A stretch of 64,000 bases of DNA from the NCBI GenBank assembly GCA_965112155.1, contig OZ218101.1; one strand, 5' to 3'. Below the pieces are notes generated by a model. The model was not told the DNA's origin. It saw only the letters and a program-made list of their open reading frames with translations, and did no database searches. The position numbers were made by a program, and so were the translations under genes. The stretch comes from Podarcis liolepis. Lineage: Eukaryota. Numbering within the stretch: position 1 is the stretch's first letter; every line of letters starts with the position of its first letter. Of the stretch, positions 45,262 to 57,500 are shown piece after piece.

Positions 45262-48200
45262 CTAGATGCGGAGCTCGGCCTCCTCGGAGGCCTCCAGGGA
45301 ATGCTCGGTGCTGATGGCGGACGCCGAGGGCCCCTGGGAGACCCCGAAGGGAGAGACCATGGGGGAGCGTGCAGCCAGTGGGGAGAGCGAGGGGGAGAAG
45401 CTGGGGGACATGGCGGCCGAGGAGAGGGAGCCCTCGTGGCTGATGGGGGAGCGCCGCAGAGAGGAGGAGGAGGCGGTGGCCAGGTGGGGGAAGGCCCGCC
45501 CCACGGCCGGCTTGGGGGGCACGGACTTGGCGCCCGGGTGCGCCACGGAGGTGATGAGTGGAGGCGGGTCGATGCGGGGCTTGGGCTTGGTGGGGAAGGG
45601 CTTGCGCAGGGAGCTCTCGTCCTTCAGGCGGGCGATTTCTGTGAAGACGCTGGCCAGGGGCTGGAACTGGGGGCACCAGTTGAGGAGGTAGTCCCAGTTG
45701 TAGCTGCCGCGAAGCTCCTCGTCACTGGCCACAATGGCCGTCAGGGAGCCGTCCACGCAAGGCTTCCCGTCCTCCGGAAAAGAGTAGTCTTTGGGGGCGG
45801 AGGAGACGCTGAGCCCACAGCCGGCCCCCAGGTAGGGGCCGCTGCTGCCCCCGTCATCCCGGTAGAGCTGGGGGGGCTGGCCGGGAAGCAGCAGGCCCCC
45901 AGGCCCCTTCCGGTTCTTGAACCAGTGAGCCGCATCCAGGGTGGCGGCCTCGCAGGAGACGTCCGAGAGGCGGTCCGCGTCCGTCTGGATGCCCGAGTCG
46001 GGCCCGCGAGCCACCAGGTGCTCCTGCAGGGAGGAGGTGACGCTGGACATGCGGGGACACTCGTTGATCATGCGGATTTCGTCGTCCTCGGCCGCCTCGG
46101 CGGACCCTCGCCCGCTGGAGTGGGACGGGTCCAGAGACCCACCCCGGGTGTAGGGGCCGGCCGGTTCCGTGCCATAGCCGGGCAGCGCCTCGTGGTAGAG
46201 GCAGTCTCCGCCGGGCAGAGTCGGCTCGCCGTGGCCCAGCTTCTGCAAGGAGCCACTCTGCACATGGGCCAGATCCACCTCCTTGGGGCCCCGGCTCTGC
46301 CGCGAGCGCACCAGGGCCAGCACAATGGCCACGCTGGCCAGCACCACCACCACGCCCAGGGAGGCGGCCACGGCAACCACCAGGAGCAGGTTGAGGTCGG
46401 GCACCAGGCCGAAGGAGGTGTGTGTCACGTCCACGGTGACCTGGGCGGAGGCCGAGCGCGAGGCGGGCAAGGGGCTGTGGGCCTGCACCTCCAGCACCAT
46501 TTCCCGGGGCCCTTGCTTGGGAGGCCCCCCCGAGGGCGCCTGGCTGTCCACGCGCAGGTAGATGGCGCCACTGGTTTGGTTGATCCCGAAGAAGGGAGAC
46601 GGCTTGAGCAGCGTGTAGAGCACCACTCCGTCCGGGCCCTCGTCCTCGTCCGTGGCCACCACGGCCCCAATGCTCTGCCCCCGCTGGGCACCCTCGGGGA
46701 CCTCGAAGCTGAAGGCCGGGCTGAGGAACACAGGGTCATACTCGTCCTCCCCGGTCACCAGAACACGCACGGTGGCCGTGGCCGATGTGTTGCCAACATC
46801 CGTGGCCTGCACCCGCAGCTGGACGGCCTTTGTGCGCTCAAAGTCAAAGGGCTGCAGTGCGTGCAGCTCCCCAGAGCTGCTGTTGATGGCGAAGACCTCC
46901 CCGCCCTCGCTGGGCAGGAGGGCGTAGCGCAGCTCCCCAAAGGCTCCCACGTCCAGGTCCACGGCCCGCACGGTGGTGACCAGGCTCCCTGGCGGCAGGT
47001 TCTCCCGCAGGCTGCAGCTCAGCACCTCCAGGGGGAAGTAGGGGAGGTTGTCATTGACGTCCTTCACCTCCACGGTGATGGACGCCAGGGCAAAGTGGCC
47101 GCCTGCTCCGTCCGAGGCCCGCACCACCAGGGTGTGGAGGGCCTGGGCCTCGCAGTCCAGCGCCTTTGCCAGGCGCAGCGCCCCTGTGGATGGGTGCAGC
47201 TGGAAGAGTCCGCCGGGGTCCCCGGAGCTGATGCTGTAGCGGACCTGGCCGTGGGGCCCCGAGTCAGGGTCCTGGGCTGCCACGCGCAGCAGCTCTGCCC
47301 CGGGCACGGTGCCCTCGCTCACGGCCACGTGGTAGGCAGAGCGTCCAAACACCGGGGGGTTGTCGTTGACGTCCAGCACCGTGAGCAGCACGGGCACCAG
47401 GGCGCTGTGCTGAGGCACTCCCCGGTCTGACACGGCCACCGTCAGGTTGTAGATGGCCACGGCCTCAAAGTCGAGGGGCTCCACCAGCACCAGGGCGCTG
47501 GCGCCCCCGGAACGGCCCTCTAGCTGGAAGGCGTGGCCACTGTTCCCGCTGACAATGGTGTAGTCGAGGGCCGCGTTCTCCCGCGTCACGTCGGCATCTG
47601 TGGCTTCCAGGGTGAGCAGGGTGGTCCCCGGGTGCAGGTCCTCCGACACGCAGGCGTTGTAGTGCGGCTTCAGGAACTGGGGCCCGTGGTCATTCACGTC
47701 CAGCACTTGGATCTGCACCGTGGTCCAGGCCGAAAGGCTGGGCGTGCCCCGGTCGCGGGCCTCCACTAGGATGTCCAGTGTGGAGCGCCCCGGATCCAGC
47801 ACCAGGAGCTGCGTGGTGAACATGGTCCCTGGGAGGGCAGAGAAAGGGCAGTGAGGAGGAATAGGAGGAGGAAGAGAAAGAGGAGGAAGGAGAGAGAGCA
47901 GAGGGAGAACATCACAGAGAACGAAGAAGAGGAGAAGGAGGAGCTCAGCCAAAGTCCCGTCCCTCCCAGAACTGCCCCTGCCCCCCAACGCATCTCACAG
48001 GGGCCTTTCCGTGGGTAGAGCCTCCTCCCACAGCTGCCTTCATACCGTTGGTCTGGTGGATGGAGACCAAGTGGCTTGGCCTGGCCAGCTGGTAGGTGAT
48101 CTCCCCGTTGGCGCCCGAGTCCAGGTCTGTGGCGCTGAGGGTCAGGATGGGGCTGCCAGCTCGGGTGTGTTCTGGCAGTACAACCTGGGAGGACACAGAG

Positions 48201-51200
48201 GGTACCTGTCATTCCTGGGCATTTATTTGCCCTCCAAGGTTGTGGGGGAAACCTGTTGGCATGAGCTGCCCCCCACCCATGGGTGCCCCTGTGAGGAGCC
48301 AAAGGGGGAGCAGAGCAGCATGAGGGCAATGAGGAGGGGGTCCGGGGGGGAGGCGTGGTCTCTCCGGCACATGACTGAGCCATGTGGAGCTGAAGGGGGC
48401 AACTCACACCCGGACACTTTTTCATATTTGGCATAAGTGATGCTTAAACTAAAGCAGCAACATAGCAATTTGCATCGAGGTTTGCAATCGAAGGTGCTCT
48501 CGCTGCCCTGCCCTCTGAATCCTAGCTCTGGGCCACTTTCCTGCACTTTCCCACACGGCATTTGTGTGGAACTGCTGTAGAGCTCCCCTACGCAGATCGT
48601 TTTGTGAATGGCCTTCTGATGGGTTCTGCCCTGCCTGGCGAAGGACGCGCGGCCCCCGGGGGGAGAAGCCCGAGGGCAAAGGCTGTGCACCTGATACAGG
48701 GCCTGGGAGAAGACGGGCGGGTTGTCGTTGACGTCTTCCACCAGCACCGTGACATTGGCCTCCGTCTCGTGCTGAGAGTCCGAGGCGCGCACCGTCAGTG
48801 CATAGCGGCTGCGCTGCTCATAGTCCAGCGGCCCCAGCAGAGTGATGCGGCCCCCGTAGCGCAGGATGCTGAAGGTGCCAGCGCTGCCACTGTCCAACAC
48901 CAGCATGTAGGAGAGCTGCGGCCCGCAGTCCACGTCGTTGCCCGTCACCATGGTGATCTCGGTGCCCAGCAGGGCGTCTGTGGAGTGGGGGAGGGGTCAG
49001 AGCTGGGCCTGCCGGGGGCAAAGGCCACGCAAAGCTGTTTGGGGTTGCCCAGGGGCCTGCCGCTTCTCCTCCCCATCTCAACGGAGGGCTCTGTGCCAGC
49101 ACTAAGGGAAAGAAGCTCTGCACTTGCTCAGAGGTGCTCATGTCTTCAGGTTTTGCAAGAGAGAGCCCCGCTTTCCCACAGCGCCCCTCCCCCCCAGCCA
49201 ACCAAGGGGGGCTTCGTGAGCCCTGTTCCATCTACTCACTCTCAGGCACCCGCACCTCCCAGGGAGCAGGGATGGTGGGGCTGTTGTCGTTCACATCCAT
49301 CACCAGCACTGTGAGGGTGGCAGAGCCCACCAGAGGAGGGTTCCCTCGGTCTGTTGCGGTCAGCACCAGGCTGTGGGCGGAGGGAAGCAGGAGCGTCTCA
49401 GGGACAAGGGGGCGGCAGCTGGCGTCTGCCTGGGGAATGGGGGCCAGGGCCAAGGAGAGGCCCGCTGGGTGCCACAGGGTGCCCCTTCCCCTTTGGCATC
49501 CTGTGGCCTGGCAGCCTTCAGGAGGCCCCCACAGGCACCCCTGCTACTCCAGGGAGCGCATGGCGGGGGCAGAAGAGGGAACTGGCCTGGCCCAGTCACA
49601 GACCTACCTTTTGGGGGCCTGAAATGTCAGGGGGCCCCTTGGCCACCAGCAACGAGGTCTGGGCGAGCCCCGTTCTCTTCTTCAGTGACAGAACGGACAC
49701 CTTTACAACATCTGTGCTACTGACTCTCGGACTTTGGTGTTGTTGAAATATATACAACTTAGACTCAAATCCATGCAGCTCAGGCTGGGTCTGCTAGACC
49801 CACTAAAGTTGCTTCTGGGATCCCTCTGGGATTCAGGGCCTGAAGCCGAAGCTTCCTTAGTCTCACAGTAGATCTGTCCCTGCCCATCCCCCAATCCCTG
49901 CCCTTTCTGGACTGGCTGCCTCTCCATGATTCAGTTCTGAGTTGCTTCCTGCCAGGAACCCCAAAGAGATTCACCACACATAGAAACACATCTCTCAAAA
50001 CAATTAAAAGCAATTACACAATTTCAACACCACCGCTCTCCCTCTTCCCCACATCAGCACAGAGCCTCAGAGAGGATAAATGTCTCCCCACGGGCTCCTG
50101 GCGAGGCTTGTGGCCAGAGCCGCCCCATGGCTGGGAGCGGGGAGGCCGAAGGGGGACTCACCGTGTCTGGGCCCAAATCTCCCTGTCCAGAATGGCCGCT
50201 GTCGTGATGGCGCCCGTCTGGCTGTTGATGCGATAGAGCCCGTTCATGGGCAGTGTCTGGTTGATGGTGTACGTCACCTGCCCGTTGGGACCCTGGTCCA
50301 GGTCATCTGCCACAACCTGCCGTGAGAAGACGGGGAGAGTCCTGCCCCCGCTTGGTCCTGGCCCACGTGCCCCCAGCCCCCCCAGGACTCCCCCCCCCGT
50401 GCTGCTCCTGAGGCTCGCCTGGAGCCCCGCCGAGGAGCCCGCCAGCCCAGAGGACCCTTCCCACCTGGATGACGGGGGAGTCGTAGCCCTGGGCCTCCCA
50501 GATGAAGGCCACGTAGTTGGGCAGCCGGAAGCGCGGCCGGTTGTCGTTGACGTCCTGCAGGTTGACGTTGACAGCCATGAAGCCGAGGGAGGAGGCCGAC
50601 TCTGCCTGCAGCACCAGGCGCAAGCGGGGGCTCTGCTCAAAGTCCAGGCTGCGGGGATTCTGCACCGACACCAGGCCTGCAGGGGCAGAAGGGGCAGGTC
50701 GGCCGCCTGCGCCACCCTCTCTCCATGCAGGGAGGGTCCCCGGGGAAGCCGCGCGGTGGGGGCCACCCTCTCCCTTGAAGGCAACTTGGGGGCCGCTGTG
50801 GTTGGCATGTGGGTCCTCCTTTGCCATGGGGGCCTGCGCTCTGCGCCTGGCAAGGGCAGCGAGAACAGCTGGACCCAGAGGGCTAGATCCGGGGGGAGAG
50901 GCCCTCGCTCCATGGAAGCGGCACCCTGGAGCAGGACCACCTCCAAGCACGTGGTGGAGGAGAAGGGGAGCCAGGAGGGAGGGAGGCGGCTCTCACCTCC
51001 TCCAGGACAGAGCAGGCTTCCAAGGGGGCCTTTTGACCCAGAGATGAAGCCGCCTGAGAACCACGTGGCCCCAGGGGGCCGGCCTGGCCTTGCCCCCCTC
51101 GAGGGCCCCTCCGTACCTGAGCTGGGCTGGATGCGGAAAGCGCCCTTCTCGTTGCCGCTGACGATGCTGTAGGTGATGCGGCCTGAGGAGCCGGCTGTGT

Positions 51201-51508
51201 GGGCGGCTGGGGTGCTCAGCACGGTGGTGCCTGGAGGGGGAGGCAGCCGGGGGGGGCAGGCCTTTAGGAAAAGAACATCCACTTCCCGAAGGAAACCTGC
51301 TTTGCTGTTAGTGGAAGATTCAGGACAGATACCAGCAAGCACAGAGCTAAGCCACGGAACTCCCTCCCACAAGAGGCAGGGATGGCCACCAACTCAGATG
51401 GCCGTGAAAGAGGTTTAGGTAAATCCATGGGGGGGGGGCTCCCGAGGGCCCCTAGCCAGGATGCCTGTGCCCACCTCTTGTGCTCTGGTCCTGCTTGTGG
51501 GTTTCCTA

Positions 51509-51543
<35 letters not shown>

Positions 51544-54500
51544 CTCAACCCTTTATCAAAAGATCCGAGGGGGGTGTGCCGCATCAAGGACACATTTTAT
51601 GGGCAACTGCTCAGCCCCTGTGCGAACAGGATGCCAGACTCTGAGGTTTCTTATGCTCCCGTCTTAAGATCCTCTGCCACACAACAGGCAGTGGCCTTGG
51701 TGCTCCCACTTATGGGCTGGGGACAGACAAGGCAGCCCCCCTCCCCTTCCGCTCCAGACTAGCCAGCCACAGCCCCCCCCTGCCCACACCTGTCGCGGCG
51801 TTCTCTGGCAGCGTCACGTCGCTGGTGCTGCGGGGGAAGCGGACCCCCCGGAAGCCCTCGTCTTGCAGGTGGATGACCACCACTCCGATGGAGGAGAGCG
51901 GGGGCTCCCCCAGGTCGCTGGCCAGGACGAAGACGGTGCGCTGGCGCTGGGTGAGGGTGCCCAGGGGCTGCAGCAGCTGGATGGCGCCCGTGTAGGTGTT
52001 GATGGCAAAGGCGGGGCTGGGGACGGCCAGGCGGTAGAGGAGGGAGGCGTTGGCGCCCGCGTCGTGGTCCTCGGCCCGCAGTGTGGCCACCACCCGCTTG
52101 GCGGGCGTGTTGCGGGGCAGCGTGACAGAAAGTGGGCTGAGCGGAAAGGCCGGGATGTGGTCGTTGACGTCCTGGACGCTGACCGTGACCTGCACGGAAG
52201 CACTGCGGGGGCTCAGCGGGGACGAGTCCACGGCCACGGCTATGAAGCGGTAGGAGTCCCGGTGCTCCCGGTCCAGCGGCTGCGTGGTGGTGAGGCGGCC
52301 TGTCTGAGGCTCCACCTGGAAGGTGCCCAGCGACTCGTTGGCCAGGAAGTAGGAGACGCGTCCATTGGGCCCCTCGTCCGGGTCCTGGGCCTCCAGCTGC
52401 AGCACCAGCGCCCCCACGGGCAAGTCCTCCGGCACCTCGGCCACGTAGCTTTCCTGGGCAAAGTGAGGGGCGTTGTCGTTCAGATCCAGCACTTGCACGT
52501 GGAGCGCCAGACTGGCGCAGCGTGGGGGGGAGCCGTGGTCGCAGGCCTGGACAGTCAGGGCGTAGCTGGCCACCCGCTCCCGGTCCAGGCCTCGTGCTGT
52601 GGACAGCTGGCCGGAGACGGGGTTCAAGGTGAAGTCTTCCTCAGAGTCTCCAGCTGAAGGGAGGAGCAGGAGGAGGAGGAGAAGGGTGAAGATTTCCTGG
52701 ACTGGCACAGGACTGCCCAACTAGCCCTCTTGCTGGTTTCTCAGCTGCCCATGTGTCAATCCTCCCCTGCCTGAAGATTGCCTTACCCACTTCATGGAAT
52801 TGCCACCACAGGCATCCCATAATCCCCTTTCTGCATTTGAAAGAATTTAGTCTGGAACTCCTTGCCTACTGGTATCAAACAGGCAAGCTTCCCTATATTC
52901 CTTCTGACATTTTATCTGCCTTAGCGTTTTAACTTTTTGTAGGCTTTAAAGCATCGCTGCAAATTTTTCTTGATTTTCTTCTTTCATCTTTTTGTAAACT
53001 ACTTTGGGGTTGTTTTCCCACAATTGAACAATGTATAAATTTTAATGTTATGAATAAATAAATAAAATCTCCAAGGCTTAATACGGCTCCAAAGTGGGAA
53101 ATGGGGGGCCAGGAGAAGGAGCCCTTCCCCCTGGAGGGGTGGGAACCCCCCCCTTCTGCCCTCCCCTGCCTTGGCACTGCATCACCCCACGCAGGGTGTC
53201 CCCTCCCTCCCTCACCTGCCAGGCGGTAGGTGAGGCGCCCGTTCTCCCCTGCGTCGTGATCCGTGGCCCGCACGGTGGTCAGCTCCACCTGGCTCTGGTT
53301 CTCTGGGACCTCCAGGGAAGAGGCCTCCGCCTGGAAGGTGGGCGCGTGGTCGTTGTCATCTGCCACCAGGATGCGAACCGTGGCCTTGGCCTGGCGAGGG
53401 GGCAGCCCCTTGTCCCGCGCGTACACTGTGGGGAGGGGGAGCAGGCTGTGAGCCCTAGAGACAGCAGGGGGAAGTCTCCTGGGGGGGGCATGGGGAGCAA
53501 GGAGGCTGCCAGGCGCCGGGAGGGGCACAGCAGCTAAACCTGGCCCTCTGTGTGCAGTGAAAGGGCTTCTGGGAGCCCCTTCAGCTCCTTCTATTTGCCA
53601 GGAGCAGATTGTGACAGAGAAACCTCAGGACAGCAGAGCAGCAAAAACAAGCAGAGCAGACTAAAGGGCAAATTCCATACAATGCCAATTGATGTCAGTT
53701 TGTAGTGGGATACAAATTTAATAAACACTTTAAAAAACTGACTCAGATTTTAAAACACTTGAAAGGTCCCCCTGCAAGAGTGCCAATAAATGCCCCTTTG
53801 GCCAAATGCTGGACCCGGGGCCGGCCGGTCCTTGTGTGCTCTCTGAGGCAGAAGGTGCCCAAGTCTGTCTTGGAAATAGAAGGAGCCCCCCCCCCCCCCC
53901 CGCCGAAGACCCCCCCTCTCCTCCCCCTCCCCCAGCTTACCTGTCAGCAAGTGCTCTGCACGCTCCTCATGGTCCAGGGAGCGCCGGGTGCTGATCAGAC
54001 CCGTGTGGGGGTCGATGGAGAATTCGTCCCCAGAGATGCCGCCGTAGGACACCTGCCCATTGGATCCTGGCGAGATATGCAAGGGAGGCTGAGCATGGGC
54101 CCCACTCCTCCCCCACATCGACCTCCTCACAAGCGCAGCCCCACAGGCGCAAAGGCCCCTCTTCCACACCCTCCCAACCACACTTGGCTGACCCTCCCCC
54201 TGGCAAAGCCAGAGTGTTAGCAGGGCAGGGACTGGGGGCCCAGCAGTGGCAGCTGCCAGAGGCTGGCATGTTTAAACTGGGCTTCAGAAGCCTTTCAGGA
54301 CCAGCCTGACATGGAAACGGGGAGCTTCCAACCACAGACGCCACCTTGGTACCAAGGAGCAGACGATGTCTCTGCCGCATGGGAGCTGCTGCTGCTCTGA
54401 AGCTGGGGAGTGGGCAGGGCTCACGCAAGAGGAGGTGCTCCAGCAGGCAGCCAAAGGCAGGCACCAGCTAGGCCAGGGGCACCTGCGCTTGCACAGAGTG

Positions 54501-57500
54501 GTGGCCAACCCAACACCAGATGGTCTCTTGCCACCCACTGGGCATTCTGGCCATTTAGTCGGGTTGATCTGCTGGGCGGAAGCCACCTTGGCTAGGCCTG
54601 CCTCCTCTGAGGTCTCGCTTGCATTCGCACCCTCCTTCTGCTCCAAGGATTATCACCATCTAATTCTAGCCCCCCTCTTGTGAGGGAGCTTAGGCGGAGA
54701 TGTCCTGTCTCCAGGAGCCAAGTCCAACCTTTCCTCCCCCGGCCCACCCCGGTGCCCCCAGCCCAGGCTGGCAGAGGTTCTCCACCCACTGATGCCCATG
54801 AGTTCAGAGGTCTCCAGTTTCAAAGGCAGCGGGTGGCCTTTGGCACAATATGCAGAGTGCCGGGCCCAAGGAGGACACGATGAGCCCCCATGGAAAGGGG
54901 GCTGTGCTCTCTGGGTGACTCCATTGTCTGGCCAGACACTCCTCCCCATCCCTTCCACTTCTGGGTGGATGACCCTGCAAATGACCACAGGCCGAGGGTC
55001 AGGCTCTTACCCAGGTCGGGGTCGGTGGCGTGCAGCTGCAGCACGGGGACACCAGGGGGCAGGTTTTCTGCCACACTGGCTTCGTAGCTGTTTCTCTCAA
55101 AGGCAGGCGCCTGGTCGTTCACATCTAGCACATGCACAAACAGGAGTTGTGTGGCAGAGCGCCGTGGCAACCCGTGGTCCGTGGCCACCACTGTCAAGTT
55201 ATGCTGGGACACTTCCTCCCGGTCCAGCGTCCTCACGATGGACAGCGCGCCTGGGAAGAGAGCAGGAGGCCGACATTTGAGATGGAGATGGGGCAGGAAG
55301 GCATTTTGCATCAAGACCTGCAAAAGGGGGTTGTGGGATCTCATAGTTCTGGGAATCAACTCAGAACTCATTGCTCATCTGGAGCAAGACTCTGCTCTCA
55401 GATTTCTGGCCAGTGTTACTCCACTTGGAAACGGATTTCTCCACCTGCAAGCAGTGCAAGGAGGAGTTTCATCCTTTTATGTAAAAAAGTATTCTTCTGC
55501 AAAAGTCCAATTCAGAGAAGGAAGAAGCAGTTGTTATCCAGAAATCCTTGTCAACAATCACTGAAAAGGTAAACCTCAGAAGGACGTCAGTAGCATTTTA
55601 GAACAACCAAAAGATGGAATTTCCCCCTCTGTTTTCTGCCAGAACCCCCATAAGCAGCTGTTGCCCCAAAGGGTTAACCCCCCCCCCCCCCCGCCAAGCA
55701 CAAGGTGCAAAGTCTCAGACTTCTGCTCCTGGGGAGAGATTACAACACAGGACTTCAGAAGGGCTCTCACCAGCCACCCACCTCACACTAGAGCAGGGAC
55801 AGCAACCTTTTTCAGCCGTGAGCCAGTCCACCGTCCCTCAGACCATGTGGGGGGCCGGACTATATTTTATTTGGGGGGGGGGGGATGAACGAATTCCTAT
55901 GCCCCAGATAACCCAGAGATGCATTTTAAATAAAAGCACACATTCTACTCATGTAAAAACACGCGGATTCCCAGACGGTCCGCAGGCTGGATTGAGAAGG
56001 TGACTGGGCCGCATCCGGCCCCCAGGCCTTAGGTTGCCTCCCCCTGCACTAGAGGGTCTTAGGCCTTAAGTTTGGGGTGATTTGTTTTATCTTTCTTTCC
56101 CAGACTTGTGCTTTTGCTCCTGCTGACATACCGGGTCCCATGCACATGCCTAGGGGCGGGGGGACTGTGCACAGGCCACATCTCAGAAAGACAGACAGAC
56201 CATTTATTGGTGGCATATTGCAAGACGGCCCCACAGGACAGGGAGGAGGGACTGCGGCCGCCACCAGCCAATCAGCAGAGTGCACAGCCAAAATAGCAGG
56301 TGTGCAAAAGGCGGGAGAACACAGGCTTGCCTCACCTGCAGAAAAATCTCGTGGGGGGAGGACTCCTCATATAACTGAAGGACACCCCCTACATCCTGAT
56401 GCAGCGCTCTTTCCCAGCTCCTGGGAATGCACGGTGGGATCCTGCATACACAGACTACAAGTCCCTGCACGGCGGCCTGGTACCTCCCTCCGCCTCACCT
56501 GTGTTGGGGTTGAGGTGGAATCGCCCGTCCAGGTTCCCTGCGCGCAGCGCATAGCTGACCCTCCCGTTCTCACCCAGGTCCCGATCCCTGGCCACCACCT
56601 GGAGCACCAGGAAGCCCGTGGGCTGGTCCTCAGGGATGTCAATTCTGGAGGGGGAGCAGAACTCAGGCCCGTTGTCGTTCTCGTCCGTGACGAAGACGTG
56701 GGCAGTGACGGCCGCCGAGTGGCGCTGGCTGGCGTTGAGCGCCTGGTCCGTGGCCTGGACCACCAGCAGGTAGGCCGACTGAGTCTCGCGGTCCAGCGCC
56801 CCCTGCAGGCTCAGCTCCCCGCTGCGCGCATCCAGCTGGAAGGGGGCCGGGGGGGCCTCCTGGCGCAAGAGGCTGTAGCGCAGCTGGCTGTTGGGCCCCG
56901 GGCCGTCCCCGTCCAGCGCCTGGAAGGTGAAGAGGGACGTGCCAGGGGTGGCCCCCTCAGACACCACCACAGTGACGGGGTCCTGGGGCCACGTGGGAAC
57001 GTGGTCGTTGCTGTCCTGCACGTGGATCTCGACCAAGACCAGGCGCTGGCTGGGGTAGCCCTGCAGGACGTCTTCCATGGTGACTTGCAGGCTGTGCTTC
57101 ATCCCGGCTTCGTAGTCCAGCTCCTGGGCCACGTAGATGTCCCCCGTGCCTGGGTCCACCACAAAGAGGCCGTCCCCGCTGCTGCCCCCCACCAGCATGT
57201 AGGTCACTTGCCCGGCTGCAGGCGGCTCTGGGGGGGCCACACAGCCAATGAGAGAGCCCGGCTGCAGGCCCTCCGTGGGGTGAAAGGTCAGCACCGTAGT
57301 GTCGGGACGGGGCAGCAGGCGGGCTGTGGATACCACCTGCAGAGGGAGGGGAGAGGTTAGGAAGGGGTCTGGGGGTATTTGGGGCAGGCCCAGCCCCACG
57401 CCCGAGGCAACAGAGGGCTCCTACCTGGATGCGCACGGCTGCTGTTGTGCTCTGGGGGGCAGCACCTCGGTCGCTTGCTGTCACCGTGAAAGCGTACTCG

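Noticed and set aside
44926-47430. 834-aa plus-strand ORF (also 56077-57360 and 51863-52657)
   Set aside because: Antisense shadows of GC3-rich DCHS1 exons; low-complexity G/A/V/H composition and no recognisable domain.
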